A DNA stretch of 64,000 nt, from assembly GCA_050273025.1 (NCBI GenBank), contig CP158635.1:9982001-10046000 (forward strand), read 5' to 3'. The notes beneath the pieces were generated by a model, which had not been told where the DNA came from, ran no database searches, and was given only the letters and a program-made list of their open reading frames with translations. This document shows, in pieces, positions 50,869 to 64,000 of the stretch (positions are counted from its first letter, which is position 1; every line of letters starts with the position of its first letter). The DNA comes from Cenococcum geophilum. Taxonomy: Eukaryota. Both the position numbers and the translations under genes were made by a program.

Positions 50869-52695
50869 ATAGAGATTGCTAAGATATATACTCTTGCCGC
50901 GGGCGGTATTCTTATAATATTCTATATTTTTAGGCTTCTATCTTTTCTCTCTTGTTTTAAATATCGATTAGTCTATATATTTATCCTTAACTATCTTATT
51001 TACCTGCGAATCTACTAAGGGTTATATTTTACTATACCACTCTCTAGGTATTAGGCCTTAATCTAAGTAATATACTAGTTGGGAACTATTATATGCAATA
51101 TTCTTGGCGTATAATCTCTTTCTAATGCTGGCTTAAGAGCTAGAACGCTTGCAATTATTAATTTTATGCCTCTTCTTTTGGCAAGTCCCTTAGGCCTAGT
51201 AGCTAATATTATTAGTATATTATTATGGAGCTATACGCAGCTTTATGGCTTAATTGCTATTATAACTATAGTGCAAAGCATTTTCTACTTTTTAGTTATT
51301 TTAGCATAGCGGAATTTTTCTTTTAAAAATTCCAGCCATTTAACCGGATTTTTGGTTTATTATAATCTAAATATTTTAGAAAGTAACTAAAATATATTTA
51401 GGCTTTTGTCTTATTAACCTAGCTTGTACTTTTCCCTTACGTTTAAAGGTTCTACTACGAAATTTTTCTAAAATCTTACTATACTCTTGCAGTCTTTATA
51501 GGGCTTATAATATTATAATATATAAATCCTAGTACTAGCCTTAATTAAATCTATCTTATTACGGCACTTAGTCTCCTTAGAATAATAACAGTGCTTCGCA
51601 CCTTATAGATACTTTACTGTAATATCTAGTTTAGGAAATTAGGAGTAAATACGGTATTATAGCACCTCTTGGATGCCTTATACCTTTTAATTACACTTAC
51701 CTAGCTATTAGACTTCCGCGCCGGCTAATATATTTAACTTTGGACCCCTAGTATAAGCTTCTAGTCGTTTACGCAGATATACCCGTTTATAATTACGTGG
51801 TAGAACGAAGATAGGATAGAGATTAATCTTTTCCTAAAAGAATATAGCCGATGAGGATTTATCTATAAATTAGTTTATTAAAAAGAAAATAAGTTTTTAA
51901 GCTAAGTTAACGGACCTTACGGATTACCTCCTAGGCTAGGTAACTTTAAAACGGTAATTTTAATAGCTAAAGGTATTAGAATCGCGGCACAGCTACTGTA
52001 TATTAGGGAGGTTCTTATAGGCTACTAAGATCGCATAATCCTTATAAGAAAAATAGTCTTAATATAGTAATATTATAATCTAAGTAAGTATATACTAAAT
52101 TCTACTAGAGATTATAAGCTATAATTTTTATTTTAGGCTATAAAGACTAGGTAGTACAAAGAATAAATAAACTAATTAAGTTGGATAGCACTTTTATAAG
52201 TAGACTTACTCTAGTTAGGCTATTAGTAGTCTAATTAACTAAGTTCTTAAAATTCTTTATTTTAACTTAATAAAGAAGGATAGCCCGGAGATTATTAAAA
52301 GAAAGTCATCTATTAAAATTAAAAGAGGCTTTGCGAATATTCCTAAATTGCTAGCTAAGCAATTTAAGTATAAAAAGGTGGTTAAGAGATTTAAGAGTGG
52401 GGAGGGAAGAAAGTAAGTTAAAAATAAAAAGGTGGTTAAGAGATTTAAGAGTAGGAAGGGGAGAAAGTAAGTTAAAAATAAAACTATGTAATTAAAGGGT
52501 CGGAAGGGAAGAATAATAATAATAAGTATAAAAGTAACTCTTCTACTTATATCTTATTCTAATAAATATAGTCTTTAGAAATACCGGCATTTAAAATAAG
52601 ATATAAGACTTTATCCTAGCCTATAGGGCGTATAGTATTAAGCTAGTAAACCTTAAGTTTTAACTAGTAGAGATATATAAGCTAACGCCATTATA
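50869..52695 (+). pseudogene. Ferric reductase / NADPH oxidase-like transmembrane protein (FRE)
   Basis: AGLRARTLAIINFMPL, YEIFLKSYYTLA, DFRAG*YI*LWTPSISF*SFTQIYPFIITW (FAD-binding HPF), VNGPYG and VILIAKGIRIAAQLLYI (NAD-binding GxG). Contains a 54-bp tandem duplication at 52370-52480. Confidence 0.88.
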
Positions 52696-53899
52696 AGCTA
52701 ATTTAGAGAAATCACGATTGCAAGCTTAGAAGGGAAATTTTAGGTATTAAAATTGTAAGCTAAAATATATAGAATAAATGGAGGAATTGGAACTATAGTA
52801 GAAGCTTTAGAGGATTAAGAGGAAATAAAATTGTGTTGGATTTACCCTTACCGCCTACCCCGCTTCCTAATAGCTTTAGTATATAATAACAATTTAGTTG
52901 GCTTCTAATATCCCTTAACTTTAGCACGCTTTTAAGCTCGCCTTTTAGAGATCTGTGTGCTCCTTTAAGGAGGGGGTTATTCTAGAACTATAGCAGTTAT
53001 AAAAGTACTTTATTAAATTATTGCGGTAAGCGTAACGTGGTTCTTAAGAGCGGCATTCTTTTTTCGTCCACCCTTAGGCTTTTTATAAGTTTTGGCAACC
53101 CTTAAGCAGTCCGCTATTGTATAAGCTTCGCTAGTATGCGTATTAGGACTTTGTTAACGCATTTAAGTGACCCTTTACTTAAGGCGATTACATATTTGTC
53201 GTTAAGGGATTACTATAGGTAGAGGGCTTACTTCTAGATTTTTTTATCGGTCGATAGCTGTCGGTTTTAAGCCCCAGCTATTATCCCAAATGCCCTCTAC
53301 TTTCTACCACTTTGCTACTCTCTTTATTGCTAATTTCTTAATATCTAAACTAGTTTTGCTAAGTCTCCCTTTAATATAGTCATTGCAAAGCCGTTCTTCC
53401 TTATTAAATTAGTCTTAATTAAATCGTTAATTAGGGCGTACTTAATAGGTGTTAACGGCGTATATAGGCTTAGGGCTAGGGCTATAAGTTAGCTCTTCTA
53501 AGTAATATAGGGGTGGTAGATTATTAAGAAGATACCGTCTATACTTTAGATCTTATAGATTAATCGCTTTAAGAGTACGTTAAATTTAGGTAAGAGAATG
53601 TAACATTCTAGTACTTCTTAGAGGTAAATAAAATATAGGTAAAGGGATAAAATAAAGGGATAAAAGCGGATAAGATGCGGGATTTAGGTGAGATGGCGTG
53701 ACCCTAAGTGGTAAATATAGGGCAGGGACCTAAAGCGCTAGGATATAGCTATAGCAGTATACTACTACGCCCGCTGTGCTAGAACTAAGAATAATAACAT
53801 TATAGCTTTTTCCAGAATAAATAACCTTACGCCTTATATAACCCACTCTTTATTTAGCTTTCTTACTACCTTAGATATACTTGGTGTGTAAGATTATAT

Positions 53900-55660
53900 A
53901 AGCTTTATTAGTGTAGAGATAATAGTGCTGTGCCGCTTCTTAGGTAGTACGGCGGCCATTATTATAGTAAAATTAACGGCACTGCACTTAAATCTAGAAA
54001 GCTGTTTATTATTAGTCCTATAATAAGCTTTTCTAAAAATAATAAATTTGTAATATCTATGCCCTCGGCTATTATTACTGTTTATATTAAAGCTAATAAA
54101 TATAAAAGCGGAATAAGTAGTTTAAGATCTACTTAATCGTTATCTAGTGTCCCAATTACTAGATAATGCCCTAGGACTAGATATTAGCCCGCTTCTTAAC
54201 TTACGCTCTTTAGAATATCTTACTATTATTAGACGTTTAGATTATAATATAACGGTTTAGGAACCCTAAATCTTTAGGCTTTAATACGAGTTCTATATTC
54301 TTTAAAGTGGAGCTATTTTTCTTTAAGACTATAGCAGCTAATACACTACCTAGATCTTAGGGGCGCGTTTTACCCCCTTTAAGGCCGGTCGCAAGCGTAA
54401 GGTTATTCTACTCCCTACTAGAAATACTAAGATTAGAATAGGTAGCATAGCTTTAATACTAGTTCGGTTTAAGTTTCTCTAGCATAGAAATAATATCCTA
54501 AAAAAGTTAGAGACTTAGCTTAGTAACTTATCTAAAAGGGTAGAGGACCCTAGGCTTACGCGGATAGTTAAAGAAGTGCCGACCGTTCTACTATCTCGAT
54601 AGATAATAAGAATCTATACTCTTATAAAGGCACTAGGGATGCGATATAAAACCCTATAGGGTATTGGCAAAGGCTAGTTTAGGGCGGTTTTCCAAGCTCT
54701 TAATATAGATTTTGGTGCGTATATTATAAAAAAGTCAATTCTATTAGATAAAGCCGATTTAATTCATATTAAATAAGAGGTTAAGACTATTGCATATCTT
54801 ACTTATATACGTTTAATCTCTTACAATATATAGTTGTAATAATTTTTATCTATACTAACTTTTTCTATAAATATATATTGTTAAATATATATAGTATAAG
54901 ACAACTACTAGTGCGATTAACATATTTACTAAACTTATAGATAGTTTATTAAATAATCTCCGCGGCTTAAGCAATACCTACTATTATCCTATCGCCTTTA
55001 ACTACATCCTCCACGCTCTTAACTATTTAGATTAGAATTTATTTATTTATTAGGATATTAAACCTACTAATATTCTCTATAAGGCCACTACTAGTAGCCA
55101 TTACTTCTAGCTAGGGGATTTTGGCATCTATAATAAGGTAGTATTTATAAAAACATATTATGGTATAAGCCTTTATATAGCACCGGAGGTTTATACTAGG
55201 GGAAGGTAGTTAGTAAAGGCTAACGTCTAGTTATTAGTAGTCACTATATTTAATATAAGAGATAAGTATAGGTTCTATTTAAGATTAGAGGCTCTTTATA
55301 CAAGATTAAATCTTAGGGATCTATCTTAGTAGGCATCTTAACAAAATATATTTAATATTGTTAGAGTTATAGCAAACGAGACACTATTTAAAGACTTAAA
55401 AGCGATGGTCGCTTTTAGTCCCCTATAACGCCCCTTAGCAGCTTAGTTACTTTTATAAGCCTAAAAGCAACTTTAGAAGGCTGCTAAAGTTTAGGAGCCA
55501 CCTTAAAAGAAACTAATTAATACTAGTGTTGAAGTAAAAACTAAAATACCTACTAAACTAGATATAGCACAAGTTATATAATAAGGGAGAGTCGGCCTAT
55601 CTTTATAGGGTATATTAAAAGGCAAAGTTCAAAAGGAAGACATTTCACTATATCTTAGTT
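53900..55660 (+). pseudogene. Ser/Thr protein kinase with a possible FHA-like N-terminal region
   Basis: GIGKG*FRAVF (Gly loop), EVKTIAYL, IY*DIKPTNIL (HRDIKPxNIL), LGDFG, YIAPEV and KANV*LL. The FHA-like part (*IFRL*YEF) is tentative. Confidence 0.85.
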
Positions 55661-55689
55661 AAGAGCCATTTACCTATTTTATTTAAATA

Positions 55690-56880
55690 GTTTGCTTCTA
55701 TATACACTTATCCCTTATATAGTAACTAAGAACTATTTTATACCTTTTCAATCTCCAAACTATTAAGGAATATAGTTTGCTCGTAAATAGCATCTTAATC
55801 CCCTCTTAATAGGTATATTTTCTAAAGGCTAGCCTTTTAAAGTGTTAAGCGATAATTTTTAAGGAATTTTAGAAGAGTTTCCTTAGTAATAGTCGCTCGC
55901 TAAAGAGTAAAAGACTTAAGGTATAGAAAGCGGACCCTCTTAATGCTTTTAAGAATTAGAGGACTAGCATTACTAAGAAATTTAAAGAAGAAGCCTAAGT
56001 TAAGGACTTAGATATTTTCCGCAGCTAATAGGAAGTTTATAGCTAATTATATGTCCCTTAGCTTTACGCCTTTCGGCAATAGTTAAGGATAAATATCGTT
56101 AGTACGGATTGTGATTTAAAGAGTAATAAGGGTTTAAAAAGCCAGTTTTAAACGCTTAAATTACTAACCTAAAATTGTATAAAAAGCTGCAAGGTTGACT
56201 CTATTGTCTAAAGTATTAATATTAAATTTAAATAGATCTAGCTTAAACTTTAAGATTGGGATAGGGTAAGTAGTTAGTGTAGTTAAAACGGTTTTAAAGG
56301 TTTTAATAACATCTATATTCTATTTAGCGGTAGTCTGCTAATAAATAGTTATAATACCTTAACTAGGAGTTTGATCTAATGACTTAGGCCTATAGATTTT
56401 AACTTGACGCAGGTTTAAGAGGTTGCGTAATATAACTAAGAGAATTGCACTTTTAAATCCTAACCTCTTAGCATATTCTTGGTCGTTATATAGGATAGTA
56501 AACTAACACTAATCTTATATTATTAGAGGGTTATTATATAATTCTTTGCTTAATAGCCAGACCTAAAGGTCCTAGTTTTGCTTTAGCTGTTTAGTTCTAA
56601 ATCTAAAAGTCTATAGGCGTTTAGTAAAGGGTCCTTATAAAATTTCTAGTAAGGTTTTAAAAGCTAGTCGGGAAAGCATAAAGCGTTTAGTTATAAAGAG
56701 ACTACTAAAATAATTAAAGCAGTAATATTTAACTTGTTAGTATATAAGTTAGAGAGCTGCTACCGCTTCTATAGGCAGGAAACTAAGTATTTTTTTAAAA
56801 AGTTTAATAGGTAGATTAACAATTATAATAAAATAGTTATTATTTCTTACATTATTATGCTAGAAGTCCCTACTATTAAT
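55690..56880 (-). pseudogene. F-box protein with a C-terminal LRR-like region
   Basis: IVNLPIKLFKKILSFLPIEAVAAL*LIY*QV (F-box LP.E....I...L.......LRL.C) near the N-terminus. FLYLKSFTL*RATITKETLLKFLKNYRLTL*KASL*KIYL near the C-terminus. Confidence 0.72.
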
Positions 56881-58571
56881 ATTATATTATAAAAACGTCT
56901 TTAAAAAAATAATAAGTTAAAAATAGATAAGTTAAAAATAATAGTATAGTGGAATACTAAAGCGGCTTAATAGACGCCGACTATAATCGCCTAAAGCGCC
57001 GTCTGGTATATACCTTAGGAAAAACCCTAAACTGTGCTAAGTACCCTCCTACCCACTTATTTTAGTATAAACTTTATTAAAGGCGGATATATTTAATCCT
57101 ATAAAGGTTAGAACGCTTTAAAGAAGATATCTTATAACCTTTACAATTTATTCTTTTGTTAGTGGCTATAAAGGCCGCTTAGCAGATATATATATAAATA
57201 GTTTCCCTTTATAGCCGATAAGAATATAAATATCTGCATTACTAAGGCATTGTAGCTCCTCCGCTTTTTTAAATACCGTTTCCCTTCTTTTATAAATTAG
57301 TTTATAGAGTTATTTAGCCTTTACCTTTTAAATCTTCGTATCTAGATTTAGGCGTAGTATTAAGTCAATACTAGTCTATAATTTGCACTACTTATAACAC
57401 CTAGTGCTCTTCTTGCTCTCTATGTTAGAATCTAGGTATTTTATAAGGCGTATAGTGGTAGGATAGCAGTATAGTAAATAACGAGACGTAAGAACTAGGG
57501 TAGGTAGAAAGCGGTATATAAAGCTTACTTTAATAAGGAAGGGGGACTTAATAGATAAGGGTAATTTTATAAAAGATAGATATAAAGTATAGAGGCTAAG
57601 GTATTAAGGTATATAATTTATAGGAATAAAGATAATAAAAATAGAAGTTTAAAAAATATATATATAATAAAAGCTTAGCCGCGAAGTTTAATATAATAAA
57701 CCTTAAAGACGTAATACTTAAAATATAAAACAACCCTAGTAGCACTATATATAGGATTGGGGCATAAAATTTCAGAATTAGGGGGTAATTAATTAAAGTG
57801 CCGCTTAATATAATCTATTATCTTTGTAGGTTAACACTATGCAAAATAGTAATTAGGGTTTGGTAAAGATTTATCTTAGAGCTACCGTATATAAGGGACG
57901 GCGGTAATACTTTAAGATATCCTCGTTTTTAGATTATAGTACTCTTTTTAGCTTAAAGGTCTATTTCTAGTTTAGCATTCTTATCCTTAGTGTATTTAGT
58001 AGGAGTATCTTATAATTACTAGTCTAATAGATTTAAATTCTTTATATGCTCCATATAATATATAGTAGTAAAACTCTAATTACTGCCTTGCGTAAGCTAT
58101 ATTCTCACTTAGCCTAGTTATATTGCACTATGTTTCTATATTTAAAGACTAAGGTAATTATATAACCGTGTCTGGGTTCTAGAAATAATTAGATAAGTGA
58201 TTAGACGGTGCCGTCTTCTTCTAGTAATATAATTCCGTCCAATTTTTAGATTCCACCGTTTATTAGCTAAAAGCTTAGGATTAGTTATCGCTTTTATTAT
58301 AGTATATTATTAGGCCCTTACTAAGTTGCACGTAAGAGGCTTAGTAGGGGCTATTACGTATAGGCCGAATTCTCGCTTAACTTCCCTCTATTCTCCCTAC
58401 CTTAATTATATATTTTAGAGTCTTAGCAAATACCTTATCCAACTAAGGATAATTCTAAGTTTAGACCTTTATCTCTTATACAAGCGCCCAAATTATAAAG
58501 TAAGGAGAATTAGAATCCCTCTCTATTTGTTTCTAACACATATATATATATAGGTATTACGACCATTGTAG

Positions 58572-59470
58572 ATGCCTCCGACAGACTATACTATTCGTTA
58601 CCTATATAGTTTAAACGGCTAAGATATAGTAGGCGTTAGAATTATAGCACTAGTTGCTTATCTTAATGCTATTATAAAGTTCGCCCGGCCTACTAAGCTG
58701 CCGTTTATTAAGAGGGAAAAGTATATCTACTAACGCCTTAGACAATATTATAATAGTATCCTTTAATTTTATAGGAGCCTAGAGGATGCCCTTATCCTAT
58801 AGTATACCTGCAATGGTTCTATAAGATAGTACTTTGCGAAACAAGCTAAGCCGGTTCCGCTACCACTATAACTTCGCTAAATTTAACAGATTATAGTTTT
58901 AATCGCTTTTATCTACTCTAAATAGGTGCTATATAGGGATATTTCTTGTAATAATGTTTTCCTTAATAAAGAGCTTAATGCGAAGCTTGGCGACTTTGCT
59001 AGGTTATTAATTAATAGTTAAGCCCCTCTTATCTATTATAAGACCAGTTATAAGCACCCTAAGATTAAAGGAATCTCTATAAGAAGTAAGGTATTTACTC
59101 TTAGCTCTACCTTTTATAAAATAATAATAGGATTAAAGCTATATAAGGAGCTTTTAGACTAAGAAATATATAATATATATATTAAGGGAAAGTTTCTAAA
59201 CCTAGCCGCTCTAGCTACGTTTAACGATATTATTATTAAGTGCTAGGCCTAAGATTATATAAGTATAAATAAATTGCTAGAGGATGTATAGGCTAAAGGT
59301 ATAATTTTTAGTTGGTGAGGTATTTAGTACTAATAACTTCTAGTTACTGTTTAGTTAAGACTTATTACGTAAATTAACATCTTTACTATTCTTTATTCTA
59401 CTATACTCCTAATAGCCCTTACTCTTATTTCTCTACTCCCTGTTATATTCTAGGTAAGAAATCGTAAATA
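58572..59470 (+). pseudogene. Small TKL/tyrosine-kinase-like protein kinase with hydrophobic C-terminal tail
   Basis: ATG at 58572. Reads REKYIY*RL, L*YTCNGSIR*Y, LR*I*QI...AFIYSK*VLYRDISCNNVFLNKELNAKLGDFA, VFTLSSTFYKIIIG and IIIKC*. Confidence 0.88.
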
Positions 59471-62400
59471 ATAAGGCTAGGTAGTAGTATTCTTATATTA
59501 TTAGCAGAGATCTAAGTTTTTTTTTTAATTTACACTTACCTTTAATTAAGGCGGATACTAGGGATATTCGCCCACTTTCCTTAATAATCCCATTACAATT
59601 ACTTTACTATTTTAACCTTTGGCTGGTGACGTATTAGGGCAGAAGTGCCTATTAGCTTTAGCTCTCTAGCATTTATCCTAGCTGCGTACTAATTAAATAT
59701 ACTAAGCCAGTGCCCTGCATTCACTATAGTAAAAGGAGTGGTCGTAGTAGTAATATATTATATAGTTAACGATAAGTGCAGCTGGATTTAGTAAGAAGCT
59801 CTTATTTAGGAGGGAGAGTAGATTATATAAGAAGACTAGGTAATAGGGAGACTTATCCTTTTATATAGTCTTTATAGCATTTTACTATTACTCTAAGTAA
59901 TAACAGGTCTACTAGGTAAAGATACTATTCCTTATTAAAAGATATAAGGATTATCCCAAAACGGCCGTATATAGATATTCGTTGCCTATAAATCTATACG
60001 CGCGATCTTCTAGAAGTGGATATTACTAAATCCATCTAATATATAAACTTAAGTATTACTAATAAAGCGATCCACTACAGTAATTTAACTCTATTAATTT
60101 TCTTCTGCTCTCTAAGGGGATAGCCCCAAACTAGACGTATATAGTTGTTTATCCTTAAGGATTAAAAGGAGCTAAGAATATAGTATATCTAAGCCTTTCC
60201 TAAAGCGCAGAGAATTGCCTTATGATATTAAAGTCTGCAGCGTCTTGGCGCTGGTTTAGTAAAGTTAATAGTATAAATTACTTATTATAGTAGAGGATGG
60301 CATTAATTAGCTTCTTCTAGTGAGGTACTTCTGCCACGTCATGGCTCTCCTCTATAGCCGCTATTATTATTTATATTTTGCACTCACAGTCTTGCAAATT
60401 AATATAGCGCGTAGTTGTTTATATTACTCTCTACGAACTAATATACTACACTTTATTAGAAGCCCCCTTTTAGCTAGCTAGTTGCCCTACTTACTTTAGT
60501 AAAGTTTTAATAAATTTCTAACAAAGTTTTAATAAACAGGAACTAATTAGGGCGATATATAGGTATCTATAATACCAAGCCGCTGTTGTTTTTAGTAAGG
60601 GTTAATGCTATAGCCGCTATAGGGCTGCTTAGTATAAATACTATTAAACTTTTAACCAATTTCCAACTAACTTCTAACACTCTCTATAATACTACTGTTT
60701 ATATTATAGCCCTTTAGCCACGAGTAATTATAAAATCTAGCCCTATATAGCCAAAAATATCTCGCTATATACTATTAACTATCGCCGCGGCAATAAAGAA
60801 GCTTTTTAAGGCCTCTAAATTAATTATATATTAAGAAGGTGTAAAGCTAAATAAAGGGAAGCGTATCTAATACGCCTTTATATTATTGGCGAAGCTACTA
60901 AAGGGCGCTTTAAAGACCGCGGAAAGATAGAATTATTATTAATAGTTTTTAAGGCAGGCCGAAAGGGTTAGTAGCCGCGAAATGGTTATACTTTGCGCCG
61001 TCGGCCTAGGGCAATCTTTAGTCGCTAGTATAAGGGATTGTAATAGGCTTTTACTTCCTTTAGAATTTAAAGGGTATAAGAGCGCTTATTAGTGCGATGT
61101 CCTTAGGGATATAGTTAAGAAATACTCTATAAAAGGTGTGGAAGATTATAATACTTTTAAAGTTCTATCGCTTAATCACTCTAAAAACCCCTATGGATTT
61201 CCTACTAGTATAGCCGGCGTCACTTATAGGGGATGTCTACGAGCTTACGGTTGCTAACGCTTAAGGCGTAGTTATATCCAATTATCTTAAAGGCTAGATA
61301 TACTTAATAAATATATATAGAGTAGAGTCTGCGCCATTTATTACGATTCCTATTTTAAAGGAGCTTAGTAACTATTTTGCTATATAGTATTAGTAAATAA
61401 TGTAATAAGTCTAAAATATATCCTACTTCTTCTTAATATACGCTAGCCTAGTAGATCCTATACTGTAATAATACTAATTATTACTTTAAGGAACCATTAC
61501 TATGTATCCTTAATCCTCTATCCTAACGCCGCCTTTGTATTTGCTATCCCGCCTTTTATAGATTAGTACTACTCTAATATTATTTCGTATATTAACAACG
61601 ATGGCAACAGTGCTATTTGGGGGGTTAGTTTATGTACCGTCTGGCTTTATCTAGTTAGGCGCCTTGTAGTCGCCGCAATTGGTTTAAAGCTATAGTTAGA
61701 TCCCACTATTATAGGCCTAGGGAGTTTTCTATCTCTTCCTTATACTCCCTTATAAGCGCGTCTTCCGAATTATCTTTAACTCTAGTTTTCCTAATTATGC
61801 TGGCCATAGTATAGTAATCCACGACAATTAAAGTGAGTTATAATTGGTGTCTCCGTCGCGTAATATATATGCCGTTAGGAAGCCGAGCCTAAGGGTAGAT
61901 CGCGGTAATAACTAATAGAGCTATTATACTAGCAATATATAAGGTTAAGAGGAGGGTAGTCGTGTTATAGGCTTATAAAGATAAAGAGAAACTAAGAAAC
62001 TAAGTAAGAATTCCGGTAAGCTTCCTATAAATATTAAAGACGTTCTATAGATTTCTTTAAGGGAAATATAATAAATATACAAAGTTTAGTAAAAGGGGCT
62101 TTAATAAAAAGGTAATAAGGCGACGATATTGTTGTTAAGAGTAACCGCATTAGCTAAAACATTTTTAGGTAATAGGCGTTTAACGCCTAACCGAAAAACT
62201 ACGCTACCCTAAGTGGTTAGAGGGGCAAGAGCGATATATAACCCCGCCTAAGCCTATTCATTACTATAAACTAACGTCTAGATATCTGTACTGCGCTCTA
62301 CTTAACGTATATAATAGAGAGGGAAGTAAAGCGGAAAGTATTTACGTGGATTTTGTTATAAGATTATCTACTTAAATCTATAAGCTAGGGAAACGCCTAA

Positions 62401-62489
62401 TACTAAGCATATTGCTAGCTAGGAGCGGCTTTATTAAGGATTATACTTCTATTTACTCTCTTATATACCTCCTATAGGTGTAAAAAGCT

Positions 62490-62570
62490 AGAGTTTAGTT
62501 AGAGTTTGGTTAAAGTCTAATTAGAATCTGGTTAGAACCCAGTTAAAACCTAGTTAGAGTCCTATTAGAA
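62490..62570. repeat. Degenerate 11-bp tandem repeat (AGAGTYTRGTT)
   Basis: About 7 visible units. Confidence 0.65.
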
Positions 62571-64000
62571 AATAGCCGCGAATTAGTAAATAACTAAAGT
62601 CTAAACCTTATTCTGCACTTCCTTTAAAGCGTCTCTATTTCGCCATAATATATTATAATATACTAGGCGTATAGAGGCCGAGCTAGATAAAAGAAATACT
62701 TTAATCTTATTTGTTAAAACGCCTAAACTAGCTCCCTAGCTTCCGTTATCGATTTAAATAGTAACCTACCCCTTTAGGATCAGAGCCGCGGTCCCTAGTG
62801 CGTAGCGATCTCTTTATATATATAGTAGTAATATGCCTATATATATGCTCTAGCGTCTCCTAAGGGGGCACTAATGAAAAACGATACTATTAGCTTCCTC
62901 CGTATACTTAGCTTATTACTAGTTTTATATATATAAGTAACCTCCTATACCAAATATAAGGTTCCTATAATCTACCACGATTTTATTAATTAAAGTAGTA
63001 TATATATACTATGGATTCCGGAATAGCTCTAATATTAAAATCCATATATTACCCATACTTTACCTAGACGGAAAATTATTGTCATTACCTTATAAAATGT
63101 GCGACTATATTTAAATAAAGCTTAAATGCGGCCATTTTATTAATAGAGTAAAAACGTAGTGCCTAAAATACTATAAGACCTATAAACTATGTCCTTCTAA
63201 TGTTATAGAAATGTAAATATAGAGACCTTCTAATCCACTCTAAGGTTATTGCTTACGGCGTGATTTAGAAAGGGCTACCCGGATAAAAACTGCGGTAAGC
63301 TTCGAAGCAGCTAAAAAGATTGGGTGGTTAGCTTATTAAAACGTATAGCGGACTGTTAATTAAAATTATAGATAAAGTAGAGGATATAATTTGCCTTTAA
63401 AACGAGGTTATTAAAGCTCTAAATAACGCGAATTCTTAACGCTTTATTGAACTCCCCTATAGGAACCAATGTTCTATAGCTTCCGTTCTCCTATTCCTAG
63501 CTAAGTAAAACTTAAAGATAATATCTACCTGGCTAAGTCTTCGTCCTTATAACGCTATAGCTTACGCTTTACCTATTTTATGGCTTCCTCTCCGTTTTCT
63601 ATCTTTTTAACTATATCTAATAGCACTTTGCCTAGCTTCTGCGACCTATTTAAAAGAAAAATCCTAAGTAGGGTAAACCGTCTCCTATATAGGGGGGAAG
63701 CGCTTAAAGTAGGACGGAAACCAAATATGTCTAAGACCTATAAAACTGTTAACATATAAAAAGCCATATTATTTATAATATTTACCTTAACCTGCTTAAG
63801 TTGGTCATTAAAGGAGATCTATTTAAAGAATTTTTAAGAAGATAGAGCATTTTTTATCTAAAGCCAATTATTCCTATCCTCTACCTTATATTCTACCTGT
63901 TTAATTATTTCTAGCCCGCCTTTTATAAGTATAAGATCACCTAAGAATACCGTACGTTTAACTACTAAACTATTAGAATTAAATATCCCTAAAAAGATAT

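Larger units (their letters stand above)
7860..64000 (+). mobile_element. RIP-inactivated Starship-like giant transposon (left end about 7.86-8.3 kb; right end not identified)
   Basis: DUF3435 recombinase is the first gene and points inward. It is followed by DUF3723, patatin-like, ferric reductase-like and Myb/SANT genes, the known Starship auxiliary set. Boundaries are inferred, not observed. Confidence 0.8.

Noticed and set aside
1..64000. Alternative genetic code (TAA/TAG read as Gln) or organellar/AT-rich genome
   Set aside because: Stops replace Gln, Trp and Arg alike and come with D>N, H>Y, G>S/R and M>I changes. LTR pairs differ essentially only by transitions. This is RIP, not recoding.
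14400..64000. Spok-type meiotic driver or NLR cargo, as expected in some Starships
   Set aside because: I could not recognise Spok, NACHT/NB-ARC P-loop or ANK/TPR/WD repeat motifs. They cannot be excluded in the unassigned relics.

Overview
Filamentous-ascomycete DNA destroyed by RIP (repeat-induced point mutation): AT-rich and TpA-saturated, with Gln/Trp/Arg codons turned to TAA/TAG. I found no intact gene, and the long ORFs in the track are repeat artefacts or short fragments. Reversing the C>T/G>A changes by eye gives two parts. (1) 1-7860 is a nest of dead transposons: the 3' part of a Copia element, a 1.28-kb non-coding LTR element with a 5-bp TSD, several minisatellites, a PIF1 (Helitron-type) helicase fragment and another LTR. 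(2) From about 7.9 kb to the window end lies a RIP-inactivated giant Starship-like element. It begins with a DUF3435 tyrosine-recombinase 'captain' (8326-10844) and carries typical Starship auxiliary genes (DUF3723, patatin-like phospholipase, ferric reductase-like, Myb/SANT). Its other cargo is strongly regulatory: a FunK1 kinase, three more kinases, a KDM4/KDM5-type JmjC domain, an F-box gene and a GPI-type cupredoxin. A full-length GalEa-type Copia (21771-27986, TSD AGAAG, hairpin in place of a PBS) splits the DUF3723 gene. A degenerate ~80-bp repeat array occurs twice inside the element, 20 kb apart and inverted. All protein calls are manual motif recognition, not database hits; gene ends are approximate unless stated.
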